This document shows positions 18,443 through 28,144 of a DNA stretch of 64,000 nt, piece after piece; position 1 is the first letter of the stretch; every line of letters starts with the position of its first letter. Source of the DNA: Parvibaculum sp. (lineage in GTDB: Bacteria > Pseudomonadota > Alphaproteobacteria > Parvibaculales > Parvibaculaceae); NCBI RefSeq assembly GCF_039973015.1, contig NZ_JBDWLT010000008.1:554052-618051 (forward strand), read 5' to 3'. The notes below the pieces were generated by a model that had not been told where the DNA came from, did not search any database, and was given only the letters and a program-made list of their open reading frames with translations. The position numbers and the translations under genes were made by a program.

Positions 18443-19228
18443 CTACTCCGCGCGGCGGACAGGAAGAACGAAGGGGTCCGCCCCTTCACCGATCAATGCC
18501 TCGATGCGGTAGGTCTCGCGGAGGTTCTGCGGCGTGAGAACATCGCGCGGCAGGCCGTCCGCCTTCACCTTGCCATCGTCGAGCAGGATCAGCCGGTCGC
18601 AATGACGCGCGGCGAGCGAGAGATCGTGCAGCACGGCAACGACCATGCGATCATTGCCCTCGGCGTCGGGTTTCGCATAAGCGCGCAGCACTTCCATGAT
18701 GCGTATCTGATGATAGGGATCGAGCGCGGAGACAGGCTCATCCACCAGCATGAGCGGCGCCTCGACGGCCAGCGCACGGGCAAGAAGCACGCGGGCCCGC
18801 TCGCCGCCCGACAAGGTCAGCACATCGCGGCCGGCAAACTCACGCACACCTGCGAGATCGATCGCACGCTCGATTGCCGCTTCGTCTCCGGCGGTGGCGC
18901 GATGGAAGGGTTCGAGGTGCGGCAGACGGCCAAGCGCGACGAGACGCGAGACTTCGAGCGGCCAGTGACTGCCCGCACCTTGCGCAAGATAGGAAATGGC
19001 GCGGGCACGGGCGCGCAGGCTCATGTCGGCAACGGGCACATTGTCCAGCGTCACGCTGCCCTCGAAAGGAACAAGGCCGGCGACGGCGCGCACCAGCGTC
19101 GTCTTGCCGACGCCGTTCGGGCCGATGAGGCCGATGAATTGCGAGCCTTCCGCCGTTGCCGAGACACCGCGAATGACGCGCGCGCCGCCCAGAGAGGCGC
19201 GGAGATTTTCGACGGCGAGGCGCATCAT
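18443..19228 (-). CDS. ABC transporter ATP-binding protein (BtuD/FecE type)
   Basis: Walker A GPNGVGKTT, signature LSGGE, Walker B LMLVDEP. Last gene of the riboswitch-controlled operon. Confidence 0.85.
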   Translation of the reverse strand: MMRLAVENLRASLGGARVIRGVSATAEGSQFIGLIGPNGVGKTTLVRAVAGLVPFEGSVTLDNVPVADMSLRARARAISYLAQGAGSHWPLEVSRLVALGRLPHLEPFHRATAGDEAAIERAIDLAGVREFAGRDVLTLSGGERARVLLARALAVEAPLMLVDEPVSALDPYHQIRIMEVLRAYAKPDAEGNDRMVVAVLHDLSLAARHCDRLILLDDGKVKADGLPRDVLTPQNLRETYRIEALIGEGADPFVLPVRRAE

Positions 19229-20226
19229 GGAGCCTCCCTTCTCGTGCGGAGGATAAGCCAGAGGAAGAAGGGCGCACCGACAAGCGAGGTGACGACGCCG
19301 ATTTTCAGCTCCGGCCCATTGACGGGGATACGAACAAGCAGGTCCGCGGCAAGGACGAGGGCCGCCCCGCCAAGAGCAGAGGGAAGAAGCAGCGAGGCCG
19401 GACGCTGGCCGACAAGCGGGCGCATGAGATGCGGTACGACAAGGCCGACAAAGCCTATGACGCCGGTGACGGATACGGCGGCGCCGACGGCGAGGCCGGT
19501 GCCGATGATCGCGCGGGCAGTGACGGGGCGCATGGAGAAGCCGAGTGTCGATGCTGTGTCTTCACCGAGCGCCAGCGCATCGAGCGCGCGATATGTCGAT
19601 GCGACGAGAAGCCAGCCTGTTCCCATGAAGGGCAGCACAAACCAGACCTGCGTCATGCTGCGATCCGTCAATGAACCGAGCATCCAGAAGACGATTTCGA
19701 GCGCGGCGTAAGGGCTCGGCGAAAGGTTGAGGGCGAGCGAGGTGAGCGCGCCGGTGAAGGCGGAGATGGCGACGCCCGCCAGAATGATCGTGACGATGGA
19801 AGGGTTGCGGCCCGCGAGCAGATACAAGACGGCCAAGGCGACAAGCGCACCGGCAATGCCGCCGACGGGCACGAACATGGCCGTGCCTGCGGCCAGCCCC
19901 GAATAGAAGATGAGGACGGCGCCAAGTGCCGCGCCGCCCGAGGCGCCGATAAGGCCCGGTTCGGCAAGCGGATTGCGCAACAGGCCCTGAAGCCCTGCGC
20001 CGGTGAGCCCGAGCGTGGCGCCGACGAGAAGGCCGAGCAGCGCGCGCGGCAGACGCACTTCGGTCAGGACCAGCCAGGCGATGTCGCGATCGGTCTGCGA
20101 AATGAGGGCGAACTTTTCGGTGAGGAGTTCTCCGCCACGGCCAATATAGATGGAGGCGATGAAGAAGAGCGCCACGAGGATGGTGAGGGCGGCGTTTACG
20201 GCCCAGGCATTTATGTGGGGCTTCAT
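19225..20226 (-). CDS. FecCD-family ABC permease (BtuC type)
   Basis: Polytopic protein with FecCD-family similarity. Start set to the ATG at 20226, overlapping the upstream stop (ATGA). Confidence 0.85.
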   Translation of the reverse strand: MKPHINAWAVNAALTILVALFFIASIYIGRGGELLTEKFALISQTDRDIAWLVLTEVRLPRALLGLLVGATLGLTGAGLQGLLRNPLAEPGLIGASGGAALGAVLIFYSGLAAGTAMFVPVGGIAGALVALAVLYLLAGRNPSIVTIILAGVAISAFTGALTSLALNLSPSPYAALEIVFWMLGSLTDRSMTQVWFVLPFMGTGWLLVASTYRALDALALGEDTASTLGFSMRPVTARAIIGTGLAVGAAVSVTGVIGFVGLVVPHLMRPLVGQRPASLLLPSALGGAALVLAADLLVRIPVNGPELKIGVVTSLVGAPFFLWLILRTRREAP

Positions 20227-21146
20227 TGGCGCGCTCTCCCCAAACCGTCTTCGACGGTTTGACCCTCCCACGGGGGGAGGGTGAGAAGAGAGTGCCGTTC
20301 GCTCTCTTCCATCATCGTATCATGCGCGGCGGCGAGGCGCGCGGCAGTGCGGGCCACGAAACGCGTGCTGCACGTCCAGTCGCGCGCGCGCAGGCTCACT
20401 TCCCCGGCATAGCGCTTCCGGTAGAGGCGGAGCGCCGGATGCTCCAGCAGCGCGCTTGCCTGCGAGGGCGCATCCGGGCGATAGACGCCGAGCGCCAGCA
20501 GCTGCGGGCGATAGGCGATCACGTCCTCGACGCCGGGATAAGCGAGGCCGACGGTATTTTCCTCACGCACGACATTGCGAAAGCCGGTATGCGCGAGGAT
20601 GCGGCCGAGGATGGAGTTCGGCGTCGCGGCGCTGCCGAGATCCTGATAGAGGATCGCCGCGGGCGCGTTCTTTCCGCTCCGCTTCGCCGCATTCATCTCC
20701 GCATTGAAACGCTCGATCAGCGCCGCGCCCTCTTCTTCGCGGCCAAGCGCGGTAGCGACGGTGCGGATGTTGCCGCGAATATCCTCGAAGCTGCGCGCGT
20801 CCTTCACGGTCGCAACCGGGATATCCATGCGTGCGAGAAGATCGAGCGTGAAGGGAGAGCTCCATTCATGCGCGAGAACGAGATCGGGCGCAAAAGGGAG
20901 AATGTCCTCGATGCGCCCATCGTTCGGCGGAATGTTCGAGACAAGTGCGGCAATGGGCGAATCCGCCGGGTCACGTCCAAGCCGGAAGACGGATTTGAGC
21001 GTACCCGGCGCCGCAAGCTCGGCGGCGATGATGTCTGAGCAGAGATTGATCGAGACGATATGCGCAGGGCGCGCGGAGGCGGCATCTGCCGCAGAAGCGG
21101 CAGCAAGGAGGCCTGCCAGAACACCGATAGAGAGAAGAAATTTCAT
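20223..21146 (-). CDS. Periplasmic substrate-binding protein (BtuF / iron-siderophore-cobalamin class)
   Basis: Signal peptide MKFLLSIGVLAGLLAAASA, class III binding-protein pattern, first gene after the cobalamin riboswitch. The C-terminal roughly 20 codons read through a REP-like element. Confidence 0.8.
   Translation of the reverse strand: MKFLLSIGVLAGLLAAASAADAASARPAHIVSINLCSDIIAAELAAPGTLKSVFRLGRDPADSPIAALVSNIPPNDGRIEDILPFAPDLVLAHEWSSPFTLDLLARMDIPVATVKDARSFEDIRGNIRTVATALGREEEGAALIERFNAEMNAAKRSGKNAPAAILYQDLGSAATPNSILGRILAHTGFRNVVREENTVGLAYPGVEDVIAYRPQLLALGVYRPDAPSQASALLEHPALRLYRKRYAGEVSLRARDWTCSTRFVARTAARLAAAHDTMMEESERHSLLTLPPWEGQTVEDGLGRARQ
20242..20282 (+). repeat. REP-like double hairpin (family copy 2)
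   Basis: AAACCGTCttcGACGGTTT followed by ACCCTCCC-loop-GGGAGGGT. Lies at the binding-protein/permease gene junction. Confidence 0.8.
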
Positions 21147-21240
21147 CCCGCCGTCTCGCGCTACGCATCAACAAGATGTCGTCTCGCGGGACAGACCCGC
21201 AATCCCCCGGCACACCCCGGCCCGGAGAAGGACGACAACT

Positions 21241-21418
21241 CGCGGCAGGTTTCCTGGCTTGGCGGGTCAGCGCCCCTCCCTGCCTTCCCGGCCCGTCGAA
21301 CGACAGGCCAGTGGCCAAACCGGAGAGAGGCTCGCCGCTTACAGTTGCGGGGGCAGCCGCTTCTAGATTTGGAGCATATTCCTGCCGGAAAGCTCCAAGC
21401 GTTCCCTTTTAACCCCGG
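21241..21418 (-). promoter_or_regulatory. Cobalamin (AdoCbl) riboswitch
   Basis: Reverse strand shows, in order, AAAAGGGAAC, GGCTGCCCCCGCAACTGTAAGCGG, GGCCACTGGCC, CGGGAAGGC and the B12 box GCCAAGCCAGGAAACCTGCCG. These are the conserved cobalamin riboswitch blocks, about 95 nt upstream of the binding-protein ATG. Confidence 0.85.
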
Positions 21419-21562
21419 ATTTGCGGCCGGGGCACCACGAGCAGGCGGAGTGTAGACGCTCGCGCGCGCCACGCAAGGCGGAGCCCCGAAAGGCCTGCAA
21501 ATCCACCGGGAAATGCTCTACCGTCAGCCAAAACAACAAACAGATGATTTCGGGAAGGCACC

Positions 21563-22210
21563 ATGCTCACGCTTTATCACTGCAACGGATCTCGCTCGAT
21601 GCGCTCGCTCTGGCTGCTCCATGAGATGGGGATCGAGTTCGAACTGAAGGAACTTCCCTTCAGCATGGAAGGCTTGCGCACACCGGAATATCTCTCGGTC
21701 TCGCCGCTGGGCCGCGTGCCCTGCCTTGTCGATGGCGATGTATCCGTATTCGAGTCCGGCGCCATCGCGCAATATCTCGGCGAGCATTACGACCCGGAGA
21801 GCAAGCTGCATCGCCCGGCGGGACATGCGGAACGGGCGGAGTGGCTGATCTGGCTGCATTATGCCGAGACCATGGCCGTGCACGGGGCGAGCCTCGTGCA
21901 GCAAAAAGTGTTTATTGCGAAGGAAGACCGCTCGCCAGTGGTACAGAAACTCGAGTCGCGGCGGCTGGAAAAGGCACTCGAAGTGGTGGACCGGCAGCTT
22001 GCCGATCGGGACTACCTGTTGAAAAGCGGGTTCAGCACGGTCGACACGAATGTCGGCTACAGCGTGCATCTCGCGAAGGGCTTTGTGAGCCTCGATCCAT
22101 TTGCGAATGTCGTGAAATATTATGAGCGGCTGTCGGCGCGGCCTGCATTCAAAAAGGCGGCGGCGAGCGTCCCCCTCGACGAGCAGGCACCTGCCGAAAA
22201 GAAAGCCTAA
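21563..22210 (+). CDS. Glutathione S-transferase
   Basis: MLTLYHCNGSRSMRSLWLLHEMGIEFELKELPF (thioredoxin-like GST N-domain) plus a helical C-domain. Confidence 0.85.
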   Translation: MLTLYHCNGSRSMRSLWLLHEMGIEFELKELPFSMEGLRTPEYLSVSPLGRVPCLVDGDVSVFESGAIAQYLGEHYDPESKLHRPAGHAERAEWLIWLHYAETMAVHGASLVQQKVFIAKEDRSPVVQKLESRRLEKALEVVDRQLADRDYLLKSGFSTVDTNVGYSVHLAKGFVSLDPFANVVKYYERLSARPAFKKAAASVPLDEQAPAEKKA

Positions 22211-23172
22211 AGCTTCGGCACCGCCTGCATGACGGGCTTCGGCTTGCGGGATTCGGTGAAGAGGCCCCAATGGGCTTCTTCGGGATGCGAGCCTGCAACC
22301 GCGCTTTCGTCATAGACGCGCCAGGGAGCGTCGAATGCGGAGAAATACACGAAAGCGAGGTCGCGCGACGGCGGGAGCTGACGCGCGAGTTCGGTATAGA
22401 AGGCTTTCTGCTTTTCCGGCGTGAAGCCTTCCGCCTCCGGGGCGGTGGGAATGCCCGTCTCCTTGACGAGGATGGGGCCGCAGAAAGCCTCTTCGGACAG
22501 GCGCGCGCTCGCCTGCACGACGAAATCCGCCCAGTTGAAGGGCGGCGCATCGGCGAACCATTTCTCGAAAACGGGGTGGACGTTCACGGCCAGGAAATCG
22601 AGTTTCGCGAGGACCGGCGTGGCATCCGGGTCGTCGAGGAAGGGCGCGAAAGGTTCGGTGACGGTGAGGGGCAAGCCCGGTGCACGGTCGCGGAACTTGC
22701 CGATGGCACGCGCGTAACCATTCCACGAACCGCGCCGCGACAGGACCATCTCGTTGCCGAGCGAAACACCTACGACGATATCGGGATGGGATTCCCACGC
22801 GGAGATGGCGTTTTCGACCTCGCGGTCGTCAGCCGGGTTCCAGACACCCATGATGACGGCGCGAAAGCCGAGGTCTTGCGCGATGCCGGGAATGAGTTCC
22901 GCGCCGCTATGCGCGCCATAAGTGACGAGACTGTCGAACCAGGGGCGGAGCGCTTCGAGATCCTCGCGGATCGAAACCTCGCTCGCCTGAACCGGATTGC
23001 CGTTCCAGACTTTGAGTTCCGTCGGCTGGTAGGCAACGAAGCGGCCTTCCGCCATCGCATCCTGCAGACGGGAAAGCGCAGGCGCGGTCTCGTCGCGGGT
23101 GGCGCAGACGGGGACGGCTTGCGCCGCGGTGGCGATAAACACGAACAGCAGAGAGGCGAGAAGGCAGCGCAT
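22207..23172 (-). CDS. Secreted glycoside hydrolase, family 17-like
   Basis: Signal peptide. GNE (VSLGNEMV) and KETG (LVKETGIPT) sit at the spacing of the two GH17 catalytic glutamates. Call made by eye only. Confidence 0.5.
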   Translation of the reverse strand: MRCLLASLLFVFIATAAQAVPVCATRDETAPALSRLQDAMAEGRFVAYQPTELKVWNGNPVQASEVSIREDLEALRPWFDSLVTYGAHSGAELIPGIAQDLGFRAVIMGVWNPADDREVENAISAWESHPDIVVGVSLGNEMVLSRRGSWNGYARAIGKFRDRAPGLPLTVTEPFAPFLDDPDATPVLAKLDFLAVNVHPVFEKWFADAPPFNWADFVVQASARLSEEAFCGPILVKETGIPTAPEAEGFTPEKQKAFYTELARQLPPSRDLAFVYFSAFDAPWRVYDESAVAGSHPEEAHWGLFTESRKPKPVMQAVPKL

Positions 23173-23218
23173 GGTCCATAGCTAGGTGACCATTGTGGCA
23201 ATTTTCCGAATTCGGACA

Positions 23219-23251
23219 TGCAAAAGCCCGGCCCCTTTCGGGAGCCGGGCT
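23219..23251 (-). terminator. Rho-independent terminator of the HU gene
   Basis: Reverse strand: AGCCCGGCTCCCgaaaGGGGCCGGGCT followed by TTTTG, 36 nt after the HU stop. Confidence 0.55.
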
Positions 23252-23286
23252 CTCGTGACTTCAGAAGATCGTCAGGCGTGAAAGCC

Positions 23287-23649
23287 TTAGATCGATTCCT
23301 TCAGATCCTTCGCGACGCGGAAGGCAACCTTCTTGGACGCCTTGATCTTGATGGCTTCGCCGGTCGCCGGGTTGCGGCCCATGCGGGCGGCGCGCTTGCG
23401 AACCTGCAGGATGCCAAGACCCGTGAGGCGGACCTTGTTGCCCTTCTTCAGGTTCTTCACCGTGAGTTCGACGAAGTCGCTGAAGAGTTCCGTCGCCGCC
23501 TTCTTCGACATGTCATGCTTCTCGGCGAGTTCGGCGATCAGCTTCGACATCGGCACCGTCGGCGGTGTGGCAGGCTTCTTGGCAGCGGCGGCAGATGCAG
23601 CCGGCTTTTTGGCGGCAGGCGCCTTCTTGGCAGCGGGTTTAGTGGCCAT
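23287..23649 (-). CDS. HU-family DNA-binding protein with Lys/Ala/Pro-rich N-terminal extension
   Basis: C-terminal 87 aa are a canonical HU fold (…RLTGLGILQVRKRAARMGRNPATGEAIKIKASKKVAFR…). They are preceded by MATKPAAKKAPAAKKPAASAAAAKKPATPPTVP. An RBS (GAGGGA) lies before the upstream ATG at 23649 and none before the internal ATG. Confidence 0.85.
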   Translation of the reverse strand: MATKPAAKKAPAAKKPAASAAAAKKPATPPTVPMSKLIAELAEKHDMSKKAATELFSDFVELTVKNLKKGNKVRLTGLGILQVRKRAARMGRNPATGEAIKIKASKKVAFRVAKDLKESI

Positions 23650-23802
23650 GATTTGAATTCCCTCGGATAAGTTCGGCTTGAGTTTCACTGAGTCGCGCGA
23701 TTCGGCCAAGCGATAAGTTCATATTTGGCGGGCATCGGAGCGAAAAACTGTTGAAAAGTGCCTGCGGGACGGGCATTTCGCGCCCGCCCCCCTTTCCAAA
23801 AC

Positions 23803-24762
23803 TCAGTCGAAGGCCTCGTCCCATGTGCCGCGCGTCGATGCCTTGGAATATTCGGTGGCGCGGTTTTCGAAGAAATTGGTGTGCTCAATGCCGTTCAGCA
23901 TCTCGTCCATCCAGGGCAACGGGTTCTTTTCCGTACGGTAGATGGGCTGGAGGTTGAGCTGCACGAGGCGGCGGTCGGCGATGTAGCGGATGTAGTTCTT
24001 CACTTCCTGTGCCGACAGGCCCTCGATGCTTCCCATCTCGAATGCGAGGTCGATGAAGGCATCCTCGTGATGGATGATGGTTTCGCAGGCCTTGTAGATG
24101 TCCTGCTGGAGTTTCTCGGTCCAGATTTCCGGGTTCTCGTCCACGAAGGTGCGGAAGAGCTTCATGGCGGAGACGGTATGGAGCGTCTCGTCGCGGGCCG
24201 ACCATGTCACGATCTGGCCCATGCCCTTCATCTTGTTGAAGCGCGGGAAGTTCATGAGAATGGCGAAGGAAGCAAAGAGCTGGACCCCCTCGGTGAAGCC
24301 GCCGAAGACGGCGAGCGTCTTCGCGATGTCTTCTTTCGTTTCGACGCCCCATTCCTGCATGTAGTCGAATTTCGACTTCATCTGCTCATATTTCAGGAAG
24401 GCTTCGTATTCGGCCTCGGGCATGCCGATGGTGTCGAGGAGATGGCTGTAGGCCGAGATATGGACCGTCTCGATATTGGAGAAGGCGGCCAGCATCATCT
24501 GCACTTCGGTCGGCTTGAAGACCCGCGAATAGTGCTTCATGTAGCAGTTGTTCACCTCGACGTCGGCCTGCACGAAGAAGCGGAAAATCTGCGTGAGCAG
24601 GTTGCGCTCGCCGTCGGTGAGGTTCTTCGACCAGTCCTTCACATCGTCGGCCAGCGGCACTTCCTCCGGCAGCCAATGAATGCGCTGCTGCGTGAGCCAG
24701 GCGTCATAGGCCCAGGGGTAGCGGAAGGGCTTGTAGACGTGACGTTCTTCGAGAAGGGACAT
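23803..24762 (-). CDS. nrdB: Ribonucleotide reductase class I beta subunit
   Basis: Ferritin-like di-iron RNR small-subunit pattern (…FFVQADVEVN…, …ETVHISAYSHLL…). Start could also be 24798. Confidence 0.9.
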   Translation of the reverse strand: MSLLEERHVYKPFRYPWAYDAWLTQQRIHWLPEEVPLADDVKDWSKNLTDGERNLLTQIFRFFVQADVEVNNCYMKHYSRVFKPTEVQMMLAAFSNIETVHISAYSHLLDTIGMPEAEYEAFLKYEQMKSKFDYMQEWGVETKEDIAKTLAVFGGFTEGVQLFASFAILMNFPRFNKMKGMGQIVTWSARDETLHTVSAMKLFRTFVDENPEIWTEKLQQDIYKACETIIHHEDAFIDLAFEMGSIEGLSAQEVKNYIRYIADRRLVQLNLQPIYRTEKNPLPWMDEMLNGIEHTNFFENRATEYSKASTRGTWDEAFD

Positions 24763-24838
24763 GGTCTGGATTCCTTGTGCGCGATGCACCAGAGACAAGA
24801 ATGGCCCGGCCTGACGACCGGGCCATAATTTCAGCGCC

Positions 24839-26821
24839 TTACTGACAGGCGAGGCATTCTTCGTACTGGTTCTCTTCCTGCGCGTTGGTGGCGACCTGAT
24901 CGAGTGTCAGGACGTCGAGCACCTTGCCCGGCAGGAGCGAGACGACTTCAGCCTTTTCCGCACGCTGGATCGAGAGCGAGCGGCAATAATAAAGGCTCTT
25001 CACGCCGTGCTTCCATGCCATGAGATGCAGGCCGTGGAGATCGCGCTTGTGCACGTCGGCAGCGAGGAAGAGGTTCACCGACTGCGCCTGATCGATCATC
25101 TCCGCACGGTCGCCCGCATGTTCGATGACCCAGCGCTGGTCGAGTTCGAAGGCGGTCTTGAAGACATCCTTCTCGTCATCGTCGAGGAAGTCGAGATGCT
25201 GGACCGAGCCGCCGCAGGTCACGATGGAGGACCAGGTGTCGTCGTCGTTGCGGCCCTTCTGTTCGAGCAGCTTCGTCAGGTGACGATTGCGGACGTTGAA
25301 GGAGCCGCTGAGCGTCTTGTGCGTGAAGGAGTTCGCCGCAATGGGCTCGATGCCGGGCGAGGTACCACCGGTGATGATCGAGATCGAGGCGGTGGGCGCA
25401 ATCGCCGTCTTGTTCGAGAAACGCTCGTTGAAACCGTAATCGGCGGCATCCGGGCAGGCCCCGCGCTCATCGGCGAGCACCTTCGAGGCCGCGTCGACGC
25501 CCTCCTTGATGCGCGCGAACATGCGCTTGTTCCAGACCTTCGCCATGACGCCCTCGAAGGGAATCCGGTTGGCCTGAAGAAAGGAGTGGAAGCCCATGAC
25601 GCCGAGGCCGACGGAACGCTCGCGCGCGGCGGCATATTTGGCGCGGGCCATATCGTCCGGCGCGCGGTCGATGAAGTCCTGCAGGACGTTATCGAGGAAG
25701 CGCATCACATCTTCGATGATCGCCGGATTGTCCTGCCACTCATTATAGGTTTCGAGATTGAGCGAGGAGAGGCAGCAAACGGCCGTGCGCTCTTCGCCAA
25801 GGTGGTCCTTGCCGGTGGGCAGGGTGATTTCGGCGCAGAGGTTCGAGGTCTTGACCTCGAGGCCCGCAAGCTTGTGATGCTCGGGGCGGGCATTGTTCAC
25901 CGTGTCCTTGTAGATGATGTAAGGCTCGCCGGTTTCGATGCGCGAGGTCAGAAGCCTGATCCAGAGCGAGCGCGCCGAAACGGTTTTCTGGACAGCCTTG
26001 TCCTTGGGCGAAAGAAGCGCCCATTCGGCGTCGGCCTCAACGGCGCGCATGAAGGCGTCGGAGATGAGAATGCCGTGATGAAGGTTCAGCGCCTTGCGGT
26101 TCGGATCGCCACCCGTGGGGCGGCGCATTTCCATGAACTCTTCGACTTCGGGATGATCGATCGGCAGATAGACCGCCGCCGAGCCGCGGCGGAGCGAGCC
26201 CTGGCTGATCGCCAGCGTCAGCGAATCCATGACGCGGATGAAGGGGATGATACCGCTCGTCTTGCCATTGCCGCCGACCGTCTCGCCGATGGAGCGCAGA
26301 TTGCCCCAATAGGAGCCGATGCCGCCGCCCTTGGCCGCGAGCCAGACATTCTCGTTCCAGAGGCCGACGATGCCTTCAAGGCTGTCATTCGCCTCGTTCA
26401 GGAAGCAGGAAATGGGCAGGCCGCGCTTGGTGCCGCCATTGGACAGGACGGGCGTCGCCGGCATGAACCAGAGCTTCGAGATATAGTCATAAAGGCGCTG
26501 GGCGTGGGCCGCGTCGTCCGCATAGTAAGAGGCCACGCGGGCGAACATGTCCTGATAGGACTCGCCGGGCATCAGATAGCGGTCGCGCAGCGTCGCCTTG
26601 CCGAACTCGGTCAGCAGCGCATCGCGCCCGTGATCGACCTTCACGCGATGGCGGCCGCGCGTCTGCACAGCCTGATCCTGATCGCCAAACGGCATTTCAG
26701 GCTCGGAGGAAACGCGCGCTTCCTTGCGCACACGGCTCACCGCCCGCTCGCCCGTGATGATTGCCGATACGCTGGCCTCAACCTCACTCATATCTACCGC
26801 TTTCGACGTGTCGTTCAGCAT
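24839..26821 (-). CDS. nrdA: Ribonucleoside-diphosphate reductase alpha subunit
   Basis: ORF 24839..26917 with RNR large-subunit motifs (…SNLCAEITLPT…, …PTASISIITGGTSPGIEP…). Start moved to the ATG at 26821. Confidence 0.92.
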   Translation of the reverse strand: MLNDTSKAVDMSEVEASVSAIITGERAVSRVRKEARVSSEPEMPFGDQDQAVQTRGRHRVKVDHGRDALLTEFGKATLRDRYLMPGESYQDMFARVASYYADDAAHAQRLYDYISKLWFMPATPVLSNGGTKRGLPISCFLNEANDSLEGIVGLWNENVWLAAKGGGIGSYWGNLRSIGETVGGNGKTSGIIPFIRVMDSLTLAISQGSLRRGSAAVYLPIDHPEVEEFMEMRRPTGGDPNRKALNLHHGILISDAFMRAVEADAEWALLSPKDKAVQKTVSARSLWIRLLTSRIETGEPYIIYKDTVNNARPEHHKLAGLEVKTSNLCAEITLPTGKDHLGEERTAVCCLSSLNLETYNEWQDNPAIIEDVMRFLDNVLQDFIDRAPDDMARAKYAAARERSVGLGVMGFHSFLQANRIPFEGVMAKVWNKRMFARIKEGVDAASKVLADERGACPDAADYGFNERFSNKTAIAPTASISIITGGTSPGIEPIAANSFTHKTLSGSFNVRNRHLTKLLEQKGRNDDDTWSSIVTCGGSVQHLDFLDDDEKDVFKTAFELDQRWVIEHAGDRAEMIDQAQSVNLFLAADVHKRDLHGLHLMAWKHGVKSLYYCRSLSIQRAEKAEVVSLLPGKVLDVLTLDQVATNAQEENQYEECLACQ

Positions 26822-26991
26822 GTTCTGATCCCCGGTCTGCCCTGCTTCGCCGCATCTCAGCGGGCAAAAGGTCGCTATCCGGCGAGCGGATAGACCCTCG
26901 CCGTCTTCCTGCCCCATAAGCCGGGCAGAACTCGCTTAATTCTGTGATTGCGCCGCCGCCTTGAGTCGGTCCCCGCGAGGCGCAGCGCGTC

Positions 26992-27038
26992 CAGATATAG
27001 TATCTGTCTGTTCCCCGAGGTCAATCAGTAGTGTGGGA
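26992..27038. promoter_or_regulatory. Putative tandem NrdR boxes
   Basis: CAGATATAGTATCTG (26992-27006) and TCAATCAGTAGTGTGGGA (27021-27038), centres about 31 bp apart, upstream of nrdA. Loose match to the NrdR box ACACwAtATaTwGTGT. Confidence 0.4.
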
Positions 27039-27162
27039 CGAGAAGCAAAAAAATGGTAAACGCCGCCCCCTCAAGCTGGCGGGAAGGCGATTTTCCGATG
27101 CATATTCAATGAGTTGATTCAGACCCCGCCGCGTACCCGCCACGTGTATCCAAGGACAGACC

Positions 27163-28134
27163 ATGCCCGATACGACCGCCGACCGCCGCGCCCTCTACCC
27201 CGAGATAGAGCCCTATCGCACCGGGACGCTGAAAGTCTCCGATTTGCACACGATCTACTTTGAGGAGAGCGGCAACCCCAAGGGCAAGCCCGTCATCATC
27301 GTGCATGGCGGACCGGGCGGCGGCAGCAACCCGACGATGCGGCGAACGCACAACCCGGATGCCTACCGGATCATCCTGTTCGACCAGCGCGGCTGCGGGA
27401 AATCAACGCCGCATGCGGAGCTTGCCGAGAACACGACCTGGGACCTTGTGGCCGACATGGAGCGCATCCGGGAACATCTCGGCATCGACAAATGGCAGCT
27501 CTGCGGCGGCTCATGGGGCTCGACACTTTCGCTCGCCTATGCCGAAACGCACCCCGAACGCGTGACCGAGATCATCCTGCGCGGCATCTTCACGCTTCGG
27601 AAGCGGGAGCTGGACTGGTTTTATCAGGAGGGGACGGATGCCCTTTTCCCCGATGCCTGGGAAGGCTTCGTCGAGCCGATCCCGCAAGCCGAGCGCGGCA
27701 ACCTCATGGCGGCCTATTACAAACGGCTGACCGGCGACAACGAGGCCGAAAAGATCGCCTGCGCCAAGGCATGGAGCATCTGGGAGGGGACGACGCTCTC
27801 GCTCTATTCTGACGCCGAGCGCGTGAAGCGCTTCGCGGACGGGCACTTCGCCCTCGCCTTCGCACGGATCGAGTGCCACTTCTTCATGAATCAGGGCTGG
27901 TTCGAGCCCCAGGACCAGCTCATCCAGAATGCCGGCAAGCTGAAGGGTATTCCCGGCGTGGTCGCACAGGGGCGCTATGACGTGGTGACACCGATGTTCA
28001 CGGCATGGGAGCTCGCGAAGGCCTGGCCGGACGCCGACCTCAACATCGTGCCGGACGCAGGCCATACGGCGACGGAGCCCGGCATCGTCGATGTGATGGT
28101 GAGGGCGAGCGACCGGTTCGCGGCCGCAGGCTGA
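27163..28134 (+). CDS. pip: Prolyl aminopeptidase (proline iminopeptidase)
   Basis: LYPEIEPYRTGTLKVSDLHTIYFEESGNPKGKPVIIVHGGPGGG... and GGSWGSTL nucleophile elbow. Confidence 0.92.
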   Translation: MPDTTADRRALYPEIEPYRTGTLKVSDLHTIYFEESGNPKGKPVIIVHGGPGGGSNPTMRRTHNPDAYRIILFDQRGCGKSTPHAELAENTTWDLVADMERIREHLGIDKWQLCGGSWGSTLSLAYAETHPERVTEIILRGIFTLRKRELDWFYQEGTDALFPDAWEGFVEPIPQAERGNLMAAYYKRLTGDNEAEKIACAKAWSIWEGTTLSLYSDAERVKRFADGHFALAFARIECHFFMNQGWFEPQDQLIQNAGKLKGIPGVVAQGRYDVVTPMFTAWELAKAWPDADLNIVPDAGHTATEPGIVDVMVRASDRFAAAG

Positions 28135-28144
28135 CGCAGACAAG

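Noticed and set aside
24800-24838. Hairpin GGCCCGGcctgacgaCCGGGCC between nrdA and nrdB as a terminator.
   Set aside because: It has no U-tract and lies inside an obligately co-expressed gene pair. It is more likely an mRNA-stability or processing element, and too weak to call.
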